Assembly: GCA_963793305.1 (NCBI GenBank)
Contig: CAWBZV010000002.1
Location: 832,001-896,000 of the forward strand
Direction: 5' to 3'
DNA: 64,000 bases
Source of the DNA: an uncultured Gemmatimonadales bacterium
GTDB taxonomy: Bacteria > Gemmatimonadota > Gemmatimonadetes > Gemmatimonadales > Gemmatimonadaceae
The notes beneath the pieces were generated by a model, which did not search any database, was not told the origin of the DNA, and saw only the letters and a list, made by a program, of their open reading frames with translations. This document shows positions 11,169 through 24,784 of this stretch, one piece after another. Numbering within the stretch: the stretch's first letter is position 1; each line of letters opens with the position of its first letter. The translations under genes and the position numbers were made by a program.

Positions 11169-11668
11169 GTGGCCGCTGCGTCGAGCGTGGCTGCTTGGAC
11201 CGTCGCCCGTTCGCGGTCCTCTGCCGGTGTCTCCGCCGACGGTACGAGGATTCCGTAGCCGCCGAGTGCGTCGGCCGCGGCGATGTCCGACCACTTGTCA
11301 CCGATCAGCACGACCCGAGCACCTTCGAGTCCCAGATCGCGGATGGCCCTCTGGTAGAGTTCCAGCCCGGGCTTACGGCACTCGCACGGCCCGCCGATAT
11401 CGGGGTGATGCGGACACACGTACGTCGCATCGACTTCCACGAACGAATCGAGACGAGCACGGACCGCTTCATACTGTGCGGGCGTGATCATGCCGCGCGC
11501 GATGCCGGATTGGTTCGTGACGACGACAACCGCCAGGCCCGCTTCGCGAAGGCGGCCGATCGCGTACGCGGCGCCTTCCAGGAGCGCCACGCGATCGGGG
11601 TCGGCGAGGTAATGCTCGTCGCGAATGATCGTCCCGTCGCGATCGAGGAATACCACGGCCTTCATCAT
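11169..11668 (-). CDS. gmhB: HAD-IIIA phosphatase (GmhB/HisB-N type); no stop before purN
   Basis: FLDRDGTI, VTNQSGIARG, CPHHP....CECRKPG, IGDKWSDI motifs. Confidence 0.85.
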
Positions 11669-13014
11669 GCGAATCCGAGCGCGCGGGTCACGGTCTCGAT
11701 GAGCGCTGCATCGTCTGACTCGGGCACCGAACGGAGGTCGAGGATGCAGCGGCCGTCGGCGATGCGACCGATAACGGCGGGATCACTCGCTCGGAGTCGA
11801 CGCTCCGCCGTTTCGGCGTCACCCTTGATCGCCAGAGCCGCCGAGGGGATCCTTGCGGTCGGGAAGGCGCCGCCGCCGACGGTGGCCTCCGACTCAATGA
11901 CCTCCGCGGCGATGCGCCGCGCGGCCAGGTGCGCGCGCTCGCGAATGCGCGCGACGGGTGCGGTCAGCATCGCCAACGCGGGGATGGTGCGCACGGCGGT
12001 CGCCGGATCCCTGTACAGCGTCAGCGTTGCCTCCAGGGCGGCCAGCGTCAGCTTGTCGACGCGGAGCGCTCGGGCAAGAGGATTGCGACGGGCAGCCGCG
12101 ATAGCGGCGGCCGTGCCGAGTATGATGCCAGCCTGGGGTCCACCGAGCAGCTTGTCGCCGCTCATCATGGTCAGCGTCGCTCCGGCGCGTACCGAGTCTG
12201 ACGCCGTGGGTTCGCCGGTCAGGCCGTAGGCGTCGAGCGAGATCATGAGCCCACTGCCGAAGTCATGCAGCAGCGGCAGCTCGTGCTCCTCGGCCAGAGG
12301 CGCGAGATCAGCGAGGGTCGCTTCGCTCACGAATCCATCGATGGCGAAGTTGCTCCGGTGCACTTTGAGCAGCGCGCCGGTGTCGGGCCCGATTGCCGCG
12401 GCATAGTCGCCGCGATGCGTCCGGTTCGTGGTGCCGACTTCGACGAGCCGGGACCCGCTCTTGGCCATGATGTCCGGCACGCGGAAGCTGCCACCGATCT
12501 CAATCAGCTCGCCGCGCGAAACGATGGTCGTCTTGCCCTCGGCCAGCGTGTTGAGCGCGAGCACCAGCGCCGACGCGCAATTGTTGACGACGATCGCGTC
12601 CTCGGCGCCGGTCAGCTCCGTGAGCAGTGATACGCAGTGCGTATATCGCGATCCACGCGCACCGCGCTCGATATCATACTCGAGATTCGTATAACCAGCG
12701 GCGGTCGCGGCGATCGCGTCGATGGCGGCGCGGGCCAATGGTGCGCGACCGAGATTCGTGTGGAGGACGACGCCGGTCGCATTGAACACCGGCCGGAGCG
12801 ACGGTCGTGATCTGGCCGCGAGGGCGTCGCCGATCGCTTCCGCCCACTCGTCTTCGCCGTGCGGCGCGGCGCCCGGGTTCGTCCGTGCGCGCGCAACGGC
12901 ATCGCGAACGGCGTCGACCACCACCGCGCGTGGGGCGAGCGCCATGAGCCGGCCGACGGCCGCGCTCTCTAAGAGCGTGCTGACCGATGGCAGGTCGCGG
13001 CGAGGGTCACTCAT
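11665..13014 (-). CDS. selA: L-seryl-tRNA(Sec) selenium transferase
   Basis: NATGVVLHTNLGRAPL, SRGELIEIGGSFRVPD, EVGTTNRT, SGDKLLGGPQAG motifs. Confidence 0.96.
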   Translation of the reverse strand: MSDPRRDLPSVSTLLESAAVGRLMALAPRAVVVDAVRDAVARARTNPGAAPHGEDEWAEAIGDALAARSRPSLRPVFNATGVVLHTNLGRAPLARAAIDAIAATAAGYTNLEYDIERGARGSRYTHCVSLLTELTGAEDAIVVNNCASALVLALNTLAEGKTTIVSRGELIEIGGSFRVPDIMAKSGSRLVEVGTTNRTHRGDYAAAIGPDTGALLKVHRSNFAIDGFVSEATLADLAPLAEEHELPLLHDFGSGLMISLDAYGLTGEPTASDSVRAGATLTMMSGDKLLGGPQAGIILGTAAAIAAARRNPLARALRVDKLTLAALEATLTLYRDPATAVRTIPALAMLTAPVARIRERAHLAARRIAAEVIESEATVGGGAFPTARIPSAALAIKGDAETAERRLRASDPAVIGRIADGRCILDLRSVPESDDAALIETVTRALGFA

Positions 13015-14320
13015 GGGACTGAATCTCGCTGCGGGATGGAATCTCGCCGCGGGACTGAATCTCGCTGCGCCGGTAGGCGACCGCGAAGGCCGCGTCGGCC
13101 GTGCGTGCTATCAGCCTTGGTCGTGTCGCGTTTGGGAATGGTGAAGACCAAAAACGAAGTCCGCGGATGCCCAAGGAGATTACGCAGACCGATCGACGAT
13201 GCACGGTAGAACGCACCCGGCGTCAGCGGCAATCCGAGCGAGAGCACGGCGTCCGTGACCGGGCTCGACTTGCTCGGCTTGATCAGCCGGGCTTCGCGGG
13301 CCGAGTCGCGCCGCGACTGACGCTGGATGTTGCGGGCGCGCTGGGCAGCGGTGTCTCGTGCGCCGACGCCGCCGGCCGCGGCGCGTTTCGCCGAGTCGGC
13401 GCGCAGCAGCGAGTCGTCCCGCGCCCGGTTGCGGGTGGTGAGGACGGAGTCGTAGGTGCGGCCAGAGACGGCGGTCGTGATGGGGATCGCGGTCGAATCC
13501 TTCGCTTTCAGCGTGAAGAGCGCCGGCGTGATCGACTGGTTGACGTCGACGCCCTTATCGAATGTGAGCCGCAGCGTGACGCTGTCGACGATGCGCGTCT
13601 CGGCGATGCGCGGGCCGATCGTGTCATGGATGAAGGTCAGGAGCTCGACGTTCGCGCTATCCGTCAGCTTGACTCCGACCGAGTCCCACAGCTCGCGCTG
13701 ATCCAATCGGCGGTTGTTGTTCTGATCGATGTAGCCCCGGACCGTGTACGGTCCGCCCGGCAAGTGGGGCAGGACAAACCGGCCGTTGCTGTCGGAGACC
13801 GCGACCCAGATCGTGTTCGTGTCGGACGGGACCCATGCTTCGATCAAGGCTTTCGGCGCGATGCTGCCTTTCACCCAGTCGAAGATCACACCGCGAATGG
13901 CGGTCGGGGGGATCGTCGAGCCGGTCGAGAACGTGAGTGTCGTGTCGCGCTTGATCGAGTTGCCGCGCAGGTCGGTCATCCCCGGCAGCATCGTGATCGT
14001 GTAGACCGTGTTCGGACGGAATCCGTGGCGCGGGCTCAGCGAGATATGCGTACGGTGCCAGGCGGCGGAGACGGGCGCCTTGCGCTCGTTCGGCGAGACG
14101 AGAAAGAGCTTGTCGAGGCTCTCAACACCTGACGGCAGCTCACTCACGACTTCGTCGAACCGGAACACCGCGCGGTTGGTGGTCACGTTGACGGCGTTTG
14201 TTTCAGGGATCAGCTCGATCAGCCTCGGCGGAGCGTGACGCTCCGGGCCACCCGGCGGGAACTGCTCCGAAGCGCACGCGGCCAGGGCTGCCATCGCGAC
14301 GAGCGCGGCAGCCCATCGCG

Positions 14321-14333
<13 letters not shown>
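13011..14333 (-). CDS. Ig-like domain lipoprotein (start approximate)
   Basis: Lipobox ALAAC followed by PPGGP; beta-rich repeats; DQNNNRRLD Ca-binding-like motif. Confidence 0.75.
13015..13068. repeat. 3 x 18-bp tandem repeat encoding (Q/R)RDS(V/I)P
   Basis: gggactgaatctcgctgc / gggatggaatctcgccgc / gggactgaatctcgctgc. Confidence 0.9.
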
Positions 14334-17056
<2,723 letters not shown>

Positions 17057-17081
17057 CGGGTCAAGATAACGATGGCGGCGG

Positions 17082-17687
17082 TCATGCGGATGGCGGGCCT
17101 TCCGTGCGCAAATCCTGCGCCGTATGCGTGTCTACCGGCCTTGGCGGCAGCGGATCGGCCACGTCCTCTTCGCCCCAATCGCTCTCGGCGTACTGTGCAT
17201 TTTCTTCCGCGTCATCCTCCGCGTCATCGTCGACGAGTTCATCCGTCTCCTCAGCCTGCTCATCCTGACGCACGCTCAGGCGGTTGACGACCGTCTCGAC
17301 GCCTGGCACGCCGCGGGCGATGACGCTGGCGTGGTCAGACTCGCGAACGGTGAACACGTGGCCGGTGAGCTCGATCGTATGCTCGGCCACGGCGCCGATG
17401 TCGACCGCGCGCTCGCGAAGGGTGGGATCGTTCGTGAAGGCCGAGAGGACGCGTTCCTCGAGCTCCTCATTGGCGCTCTCGAACGCCTCTTCGTCGAGCT
17501 CCTCGTGGTCCTCCTCGTCGTACTCTTCCTTTTGCTGCTTGGCCTGGGCGCCGAATCGCACGCCACCGAACCGTTGTGATAGATACACCCCGGCCGCAAG
17601 CCCGGCGAGCGCCCCAGCGGCCAGCAGGAGCAGGCCGTTAGGCGAGCTCTCGTCGTCGTCGTTGACGCGGATCCGATACCGAGACAT
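17082..17687 (-). CDS. BON-domain membrane-anchored protein with acidic linkers
   Basis: One TM helix, then IELTGHV...ARGVPGVETVVNRL BON pattern. Confidence 0.8.
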   Translation of the reverse strand: MSRYRIRVNDDDESSPNGLLLLAAGALAGLAAGVYLSQRFGGVRFGAQAKQQKEEYDEEDHEELDEEAFESANEELEERVLSAFTNDPTLRERAVDIGAVAEHTIELTGHVFTVRESDHASVIARGVPGVETVVNRLSVRQDEQAEETDELVDDDAEDDAEENAQYAESDWGEEDVADPLPPRPVDTHTAQDLRTEGPPSA

Positions 17688-17918
17688 AGGGAGACTCCCG
17701 TGGCGAGGCGTGGATCGGAACGATTAGCTTCCAAGTCCGTGGCGGGCAAGAACAAGGCCACTTTTTCGGACCCGTGAACGAGCCGAATCCTACCCCGCCG
17801 CGACCACGACTACGGTACGTAATATGGCTGACTGTCGCTATCGTGACGGTCGCCGGCGTGGTGTTCTATTTCCGCTATCAAACCGCACTCGCGCCGATGC
17901 TCGGCGGGGGTAAGTAGT

Positions 17919-19880
17919 GTGACCACAAGCGCTCCGCCCCGAATGCTGCGATTGACTCTGCCAGACGGCTCCTTGCGTGAAGTACCCGAAGGGACCCTTC
18001 CCCTCCCGGTAGTCGAGTCCATCGGACCGCGCCTGGCGAAGGCCGCTATTGCGGTTGTCGTAAACGGACAAGTGCAAGATCTCGTTACACCTCTCCGGGA
18101 GGACGGCGAGTTCCTGGTCTTGACCGAAAAGGACCCGCGTTCCCTCGGTGTGCTCCGCCACTCGGCGGCCCATATCCTGGCGACCGCGGTCCGCCGCTTG
18201 CGACCATCGGCCGAGATCGGGTTCGGCCCTGCCATCGAGGACGGCTTCTACTACGACTTCGGGGTCGCCGAGCCATTTACGCCCGAGGACGTAGCAACCT
18301 TCGAGGCGGAGATGCAGCGGGTCGTGGCCGAGGGCTACCCGTTCGTGCGCAGAGAGGTGTCGCGCGAACAGGCGTTGGACGAGTTCGCCGATGACCCGCT
18401 CAAGCTCGAGCGCATCGCCGATCTGGGGCCTGATGAGGTGATCTCGACCTATACCGACGGGCCGTTCACCGATCTCTGTCGTGGGCCGCACGTGCCCGAC
18501 ACCGGGTACCTCAAGCACTTCAAGCTGTTGCACACCGCGGGTGCGTACTGGCGGGGTGATGAGAAGCGGCCGATGCTCCAGCGCATTTACGGGACCGCGT
18601 TCTGGTCGAAGCCGGCGCTCGATGAGCATCTGCATCGGCTCGAGGAGGCCAAGCGGCGCGACCATCGCGTGCTCGGTGCGCAGCTCGACTTGTTCTCCAC
18701 CGACCAGCGGGTGGGACCCGGCCTGATCCTCTGGCACCCGAAAGGTGCGATCATCCGGAACGAGATCGAGAACTTCGAGCGACAGTTGGTCTTGGATCAC
18801 GGTTACGATCTCGTGTACACACCGCACATCGCCAGCGAGCGTCTGTTCGAGATCTCTGGTCACTTGCAGACGTTCCGCGAGAACATGTTCGGCGCCATGG
18901 ACGTTGAAGGCGCCTTGTATCGGCCCAAGCCGATGAACTGCCCGGGCCACATCGCGATCTTCCAGTCCAAGCCGCGCTCGTATCGTGATCTCCCGATTCG
19001 CTACGCGGAGTTCGGCACCTGCTACCGTTACGAGCGGAGCGGCGTGCTGCACGGGATGCTCCGCGTGCGCGGATTCACACAAGACGACGCGCACGTGTTC
19101 TGTACCCCGGAGCAAGTGCGCGTAGAAATCGGCCGCCTCCTGGATCTGGTAGACGAAATTCTCGGCGTATTTGGCTATGAATACTTGATCGAGCTGTCGA
19201 CCCGCCCCGAGAAGTCGCTCGGCAGCGCCGAGGTGTGGGCTGAGGCTGAGAAGACCTTGGCCGACGTGCTCGAAGCGCGTGGCCAGAAGTACAAGATCGA
19301 CGCGGGTGGTGGCGCGTTCTATGGTCCGAAGCTCGACTTCAAGCTCGTGGATGCGATCGGGCGATACTGGCAAGGTCCGACGGTCCAGCTCGACTTCAAC
19401 TTGCCGGAGCGATTCCAGCTCGAGTACACCGGCGCGGACAATCAGCCGCACCGACCGATCATGTTGCACCGGGTGCTGGTGGGCTCGATGGAGCGGTTCG
19501 TCGGTGGCTTGATCGAGCACTATGCCGGCGCATTCCCAGTGTGGCTCGCGCCCGAGCAGGTGCGCGTACTCCCGCTGACCGACGACGTCGCATCGGTTGC
19601 GTCGGCAGTCCATGATCGACTGCGGGCCGCTGGTATTCGCTCGCATCTCGACGCGCGCGCCGAGACCTTGCAGTACCGCGTGCGAGAGGGGAACCTCATG
19701 AAGGTGCCGTATCTCGCGGTCATCGGTCCGCGCGAGGCGCAGGCCGATAGTGTCGCCGTGAGCGTTCGCGGGGCAGGCGAGAAGCAGCGTCCGACGCCGG
19801 TCCCAGTCGCCGATTTTATCGCGCGCGTCAAACACGAGATCGAGACCCGGTCTCTCACTCTTTCGTCATCCAATGCCTGA
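17919..19880 (+). CDS. thrS: Threonine--tRNA ligase
   Basis: TGS domain, RHSAAH, DLCRGPH, RDHR, KPMNCPGH, RVRGFTQDDAH. Confidence 0.98.
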   Translation: MTTSAPPRMLRLTLPDGSLREVPEGTLPLPVVESIGPRLAKAAIAVVVNGQVQDLVTPLREDGEFLVLTEKDPRSLGVLRHSAAHILATAVRRLRPSAEIGFGPAIEDGFYYDFGVAEPFTPEDVATFEAEMQRVVAEGYPFVRREVSREQALDEFADDPLKLERIADLGPDEVISTYTDGPFTDLCRGPHVPDTGYLKHFKLLHTAGAYWRGDEKRPMLQRIYGTAFWSKPALDEHLHRLEEAKRRDHRVLGAQLDLFSTDQRVGPGLILWHPKGAIIRNEIENFERQLVLDHGYDLVYTPHIASERLFEISGHLQTFRENMFGAMDVEGALYRPKPMNCPGHIAIFQSKPRSYRDLPIRYAEFGTCYRYERSGVLHGMLRVRGFTQDDAHVFCTPEQVRVEIGRLLDLVDEILGVFGYEYLIELSTRPEKSLGSAEVWAEAEKTLADVLEARGQKYKIDAGGGAFYGPKLDFKLVDAIGRYWQGPTVQLDFNLPERFQLEYTGADNQPHRPIMLHRVLVGSMERFVGGLIEHYAGAFPVWLAPEQVRVLPLTDDVASVASAVHDRLRAAGIRSHLDARAETLQYRVREGNLMKVPYLAVIGPREAQADSVAVSVRGAGEKQRPTPVPVADFIARVKHEIETRSLTLSSSNA

Positions 19881-21075
19881 CGCAGTCATTCTCTCCGCGG
19901 CCCGCACGCCGATCGGCCGCTTCTTAGGTGGACTGTCACCGTTGACCGCTCCACAACTGGGCGCGGTCGCGATTCGTGCCGCGGTTGAACGTTCTGGTAT
20001 CGATGCGAGCGACATCTCCGACGTGATTTTCGGGAACGTCGTTCAGGGTGGCGTCGGCCAGGCGCCCGCACGGCAGGCCGCCATTCACGCTGGTCTTCCC
20101 GCCGGCGTCTCGGCGCTCACGATCAACAAAGTCTGCGGCTCGGGTCTGGCCGCGGTCATGCTCGCGGCGCAGGCCATCAAGGCCGGCGATGCCGAGGTGA
20201 TCGTGGCCGGCGGTCAGGAGTCGATGTCGAATGCGCCGTACTACAACTACGGTATGCGCAATGGCGTCAAACTCGGCAATCAGACGCTGACTGATGGCGT
20301 GATCAAAGACGGCCTGTGGTGCTCCTTCTGCGACGTGCACATGGGTGGCCACGCCGAGTACACCGCCAAGAAGGCCCACGTAACCCGCGCGGCCCAGGAC
20401 GAATTCGCGGTCGAATCACACCGTCGCGCGGTCGCGGCGATGGAGGCGGGCAAGTTCAACGACGAAATTATCCCCGTCGAAGTACCAGGCAAGAAGGCCG
20501 CGACCACGATTGCAGTTGACGAAGGCCCGAGAAAGGACGCGTCGATTGAGTCGCTGGCCAAGCTTCGACCGGCGTTTGCCTCGGACGCTCGCGGCATATC
20601 GGCCGCTGAGTTGACGGTGACCGCGGGCAATGCCTCGACGCTGAACGATGGCGCCTCGGCGCTCGTCGTGGCGTCAGCCGAGTATGCGAAGGCCCATGGC
20701 TTGCCGATCATGGCGAGGATCACGGGCTATGGGACGGGCGCCGTCGAGCCGCAAGAGCTGTTCTTTGCGCCGGTCATTGCGGTGCGCGCCCTCATGAAAA
20801 AGGCCGGCACAAAGATCAGCGACTACGACCTGATCGAAGCCAACGAGGCGTTCGCCTCGCAAGCGCTGGCGGATGGCCAGGAGCTCGGTTGGGACTGGGC
20901 GCGGGTGAACGTCAACGGTGGCGCGATCGCCATCGGCCACCCGATCGGCGCGAGCGGCGCGCGCGTGCTCACGACGCTGCTCTACGCGCTCCGCGATCGC
21001 AACAAGCGCACCGGCTTGGCCACGCTCTGCCTCGGTGGCGGTGACGCGGTGGCCCTCTCGGTCGAGCGCGTGTAA
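19873..21075 (+). CDS. atoB: Acetyl-CoA C-acetyltransferase (thiolase)
   Basis: [27 protein letters not shown] motifs. Confidence 0.93.
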   Translation: MPDAVILSAARTPIGRFLGGLSPLTAPQLGAVAIRAAVERSGIDASDISDVIFGNVVQGGVGQAPARQAAIHAGLPAGVSALTINKVCGSGLAAVMLAAQAIKAGDAEVIVAGGQESMSNAPYYNYGMRNGVKLGNQTLTDGVIKDGLWCSFCDVHMGGHAEYTAKKAHVTRAAQDEFAVESHRRAVAAMEAGKFNDEIIPVEVPGKKAATTIAVDEGPRKDASIESLAKLRPAFASDARGISAAELTVTAGNASTLNDGASALVVASAEYAKAHGLPIMARITGYGTGAVEPQELFFAPVIAVRALMKKAGTKISDYDLIEANEAFASQALADGQELGWDWARVNVNGGAIAIGHPIGASGARVLTTLLYALRDRNKRTGLATLCLGGGDAVALSVERV

Positions 21076-21923
21076 TGATCGAACGCGCGGTCGTGATCGG
21101 CGCTGGACAGATGGGCAACGGGATCGCACACACGCTGGCGCTCGCCTCGATCCCCGTCACGATGGTCGATGTGTCCGAGGACGCGCTCGCGCGCGGCCAG
21201 ACGACGATCGGGGCGAATCTGGACCGCCAAGTGAAGAAGGGCACGATCCCTCAGGACGTTCGTGACGCCACGTTCGCCCGCATCGGCGCCTCCACGGACC
21301 TCTCCGCTGCCGGAAACGCCGACATCGTGATCGAGGCCGCGTCGGAGAACGCGGGACTGAAGTTCGAACTGTTCAAGCGCATCGACGACATCGCCCCGCC
21401 ATCGGCGATCCTCGCGTCCAACACGAGCTCGATCTCCATCACCGAGATCGCGGCCAAGACGCGCCGGCCCGCGCAAGTGATCGGGATGCACTTCATGAAC
21501 CCTGTGCCGGTGATGAAGCTGGTGGAAGTCATCCGAGGTCTCGCAACGTCCGACGGCACCACCGCCACGGTCATTGCTCTGGCGAAGCATCTCGGCAAGA
21601 CGCCGGTGGAAGTCCGGGATTACCCGGGCTTCGTGTCGAACCGGGTGCTCATGCCGATGATCAATGAGGCGGTCTATTGCCTCATGGAGGGCGTCGGGAC
21701 GCCGGAAGCGATCGACACCGTCATGACCCTCGGCATGAATCACCCCATGGGTCCCTTGGCGCTCGCCGATCTCATCGGCCTCGACACCTGTGTGTCGATA
21801 CTCAATGTACTGAGAGATGGCCTGGGCGATCCCAAGTATCGCGCCTGTCCGCTCCTCAGAAAGTACGTCGCCGCGGGCTGGCTCGGACGAAAGTCCAAGC
21901 GCGGCTTCTATCAATACGATTGA
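21075..21923 (+). CDS. hbd: 3-hydroxybutyryl-CoA dehydrogenase
   Basis: GAGQMGNGIA, SNTSSISIT, GMHFMNP, HPMGPL motifs. Confidence 0.93.
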   Translation: MIERAVVIGAGQMGNGIAHTLALASIPVTMVDVSEDALARGQTTIGANLDRQVKKGTIPQDVRDATFARIGASTDLSAAGNADIVIEAASENAGLKFELFKRIDDIAPPSAILASNTSSISITEIAAKTRRPAQVIGMHFMNPVPVMKLVEVIRGLATSDGTTATVIALAKHLGKTPVEVRDYPGFVSNRVLMPMINEAVYCLMEGVGTPEAIDTVMTLGMNHPMGPLALADLIGLDTCVSILNVLRDGLGDPKYRACPLLRKYVAAGWLGRKSKRGFYQYD

Positions 21924-23080
21924 TGCAAGAGTTCTTGTCTCTCAGCGAGGAGCAGCGCGAGGTGCAGCGTCTCGCGCGCGAGTTCGCGGCCGAATCCCTG
22001 GCGCCGTTCTCCGCCAAGTGGGATCAGGAGGGAGAGCCCGATCCCAACGTCATTCCCCGCCTGGCTGAGTTGGGTTTCTTGGGGATGTTGATCCCGCCGG
22101 AGTACGACGGGCTGGGGGTCGACACGGTGACGTACTTGCTGGCGCTGGAGGAGATCGCGGCCGCCGACGCGTCGACGGCCGTGTTGCTCTCGGTGCACAA
22201 CTCGCTGCCGGTGCAGATGCTCCTGGAGCACGGGACCGAGGCGCAGAGGGAGCGCTTCCTCAAGCCAATGGCGCGCGGCGAGCTCCTCGGCGCCTTCGCG
22301 TTGTCGGAGCCCGACGCCGGGTCGGATGCCGCGGCGCTTCGGACGCAGGCGGTGCGCGATGGCGACTGCTGGGTCCTGAATGGGACGAAAGCCTGGGTCA
22401 CAAACGGGAATCGCGCCGGCGTGATTCTGGCGATGGCAAGGACGGACCAGGGCGAGAATCGGCAGGGCGCGCGGGGGATCTCGGCGTTCGTTATCACGCC
22501 GGACCTGCCGGGATTCCACGTCGGGAAGCTGGAGGACAAGATGGGCCTCCGCGCCTCGCCGACGGTGCAGCTCACGTTCGACAATCTCCGCGTCCCCACG
22601 GATCGGCTGCTTGGAACCGAGGGGGAGGGTCTCGTCTATGCATTAGGGTCGCTGGAGCACGGGCGGCTCGGTATCGCGGCTCAGGCGCTGGGCATCGCCC
22701 GTGCGGCGCTCGAGCACTCGATTCGTTACGCGGGCGAGCGGCGCACTTTTGGGCAGCCGATCCGGGCCCATGGTGCGATTCAGTTCAAGCTGGCGGACAT
22801 GGCGACCCGTTACACAGGCGCGCGGGCGCTCCTGTTCGCCGCGGCCGCGGCCAAGGACCGGGGCGAGCGGGTGACGCAGCTGGGTTCCATGGCCAAGCTG
22901 ACGGCGAGCGAGATGGCGATGTGGCTCACGACACAGGCCGTCCAGGTGTTCGGAGGCTACGGGTACGTGAAAGAGTTTCCGGTCGAGCGGCTATTTCGTG
23001 ATGCGAAGGTGACCGAGATCTACGAGGGGACGTCCGAGATCCAGCGGATCGTGATCGGCCGATCCCTCTATGAAGATTAA
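21923..23080 (+). CDS. Acyl-CoA dehydrogenase (butyryl-CoA type)
   Basis: [36 protein letters not shown] overlaps hbd stop. Confidence 0.93.
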   Translation: MQEFLSLSEEQREVQRLAREFAAESLAPFSAKWDQEGEPDPNVIPRLAELGFLGMLIPPEYDGLGVDTVTYLLALEEIAAADASTAVLLSVHNSLPVQMLLEHGTEAQRERFLKPMARGELLGAFALSEPDAGSDAAALRTQAVRDGDCWVLNGTKAWVTNGNRAGVILAMARTDQGENRQGARGISAFVITPDLPGFHVGKLEDKMGLRASPTVQLTFDNLRVPTDRLLGTEGEGLVYALGSLEHGRLGIAAQALGIARAALEHSIRYAGERRTFGQPIRAHGAIQFKLADMATRYTGARALLFAAAAAKDRGERVTQLGSMAKLTASEMAMWLTTQAVQVFGGYGYVKEFPVERLFRDAKVTEIYEGTSEIQRIVIGRSLYED

Positions 23081-23109
23081 GAGTGGCGTTGTATGATGGG
23101 GCTATCGTG

Positions 23110-24396
23110 ATGAAATGGTGGAATTGGGACCGCTGCCCGCCGGGCACGGCACTGAATGAGACGGACCCCGAGATCGCGCGGCTCATCGAGCGCGAGATCG
23201 AGCGGCAGTCTGATGGCTTGGAGCTCGTCGCCAGCGAGAATTTCGTCTCGCCGGCGGTGATGGAAGCCATGGGCACGCCGCTGACGAACAAGTACGCCGA
23301 GGGCCTGCCGGGCAAGCGCTACTATGGCGGCTGCGAGTTCGTCGACCAGGTCGAGCAGCTCGCGATCGACCGGGCAAAGTCGCTCTTCCACGCCGAGCAT
23401 GCCAACGTCCAGCCCCATTCCGGCGCGCAAGCCAACCAAGCGGTCTTCTTTGCCCTGTTGAAACCCGGCAATGTGTTCCTGGGCCTGGACCTGTCGCAGG
23501 GTGGCCATCTGACGCATGGCTCCGCGGTGAACTTCTCCGGCATTCTGTACAAGGCCGTGCACTACGGAGTGACGGACGAAGGCTGGATCGACATGGACGC
23601 GGTGCGCGCGCTCGCGCGTGCCAATAATCCACGCATGATCATCGCGGGTGCGAGTGCCTACGGGCGCACGCTCGATTTTCCGGCGTTCGCCGAGATCGCG
23701 AAAGAAGTCGGCGCCTATTTCATGGTGGATATGGCGCACATCGCCGGTCTCGTCGCCGCGGGTGTCCACCCGTCTCCGGTCCCATACGCCAACGTCGTCA
23801 CGACCACGACACACAAGACGCTCCGTGGTCCGCGTGGGGGCCTCATCCTGTCGAGAGAGACCCACGCCAAGGCCATCGACAAAGCGGTCTTCCCGGGTCT
23901 TCAAGGCGGCCCACTGGAGCACGTCATAGCCGCGAAGGCCGTGTCATTGAAAGAAGCGGCAGATCCGGCCTTCGTCGTCTACGCCCGTCAGATTGTCGCC
24001 AACGCGAAAGCGCTCGCGGCCGCATTGGTCGAACACGGGTATCAGATCGTGTCCGGCGGCACTGACACGCACCTGATGCTGGTTGACTTGCGCAACAAGG
24101 GCCTGACGGGGAAGGCGGCTGAGAAGGCGCTCGATCTCGCGGGAATTACCGTCAACAAGAACACGGTCCCGAAGGAGACGCAGTCGCCGTTCGTCACGAG
24201 CGGCATTCGCATCGGCACGCCCGCAGTCACGACGCGGGGATTCAAAGAGCCGGAGATGCGCCGCGTAGCGGGCTTTATCGATCGAGTATTGTTGGCGCCG
24301 ACAGACGAGACCGTGGCGCGCTCGGTGCGCGAGGATGTGCGCGAGCTGACGACCACGTTCCCGCTGTATCCTGTGCCAGAAGGTGTGAGGCAGTAG
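23110..24396 (+). CDS. glyA: Serine hydroxymethyltransferase
   Basis: [35 protein letters not shown]. Confidence 0.97.
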   Translation: MKWWNWDRCPPGTALNETDPEIARLIEREIERQSDGLELVASENFVSPAVMEAMGTPLTNKYAEGLPGKRYYGGCEFVDQVEQLAIDRAKSLFHAEHANVQPHSGAQANQAVFFALLKPGNVFLGLDLSQGGHLTHGSAVNFSGILYKAVHYGVTDEGWIDMDAVRALARANNPRMIIAGASAYGRTLDFPAFAEIAKEVGAYFMVDMAHIAGLVAAGVHPSPVPYANVVTTTTHKTLRGPRGGLILSRETHAKAIDKAVFPGLQGGPLEHVIAAKAVSLKEAADPAFVVYARQIVANAKALAAALVEHGYQIVSGGTDTHLMLVDLRNKGLTGKAAEKALDLAGITVNKNTVPKETQSPFVTSGIRIGTPAVTTRGFKEPEMRRVAGFIDRVLLAPTDETVARSVREDVRELTTTFPLYPVPEGVRQ

Positions 24397-24397
24397 C

Positions 24398-24784
24398 GTG
24401 GCCGAGCTCGCGTTTCGTGACGGGATCATGGACCAGATCCGGCTACGAGAGCGCCGCTTTCATGAGTGCGCCTATCTCTTTGTTCTCTCCGCGCTCGAGT
24501 TCTGTCAGGCGCGGTTGACTGAGCGGCGCCACATCACCGGTCGCGAGCTGGCGATCGCATGCCGCGATCTCGCGCTCGACCGCTACGGTGTGTTGGCGCG
24601 GCTCGTGCTGAACTACTGGGGTGTCCGTTCGACGGGCGACCTGGGCGACATTGTGTTCACGCTCGTCGAGCTGAACTTGCTGATCAGTCAGCCCACGGAC
24701 ACGCGCGATGATTTTCTCGCCGTCTTCGATTTCGACGAGGCGTTCGAGCAGAACTATCCGTGGAACGCCGCCCAGCGGGCGTAG
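24398..24784 (+). CDS. Minf_1886-like conserved protein
   Basis: AYLFVLSALEF...HITGREL...WGVRSTGDLGDIVF pattern. Confidence 0.75.
   Translation: MAELAFRDGIMDQIRLRERRFHECAYLFVLSALEFCQARLTERRHITGRELAIACRDLALDRYGVLARLVLNYWGVRSTGDLGDIVFTLVELNLLISQPTDTRDDFLAVFDFDEAFEQNYPWNAAQRA

Noticed and set aside
8528..11668. 1046-aa ORF as a GmhB-peptidase giant fusion
   Set aside because: The middle is out-of-frame purN sequence; it arises from the indel near 11094 plus a stop-free GC-rich frame
17838..19835. 665-aa antisense ORF and similar long shadow ORFs across the window
   Set aside because: Antisense or off-frame to well-supported genes; expected in high-GC DNA
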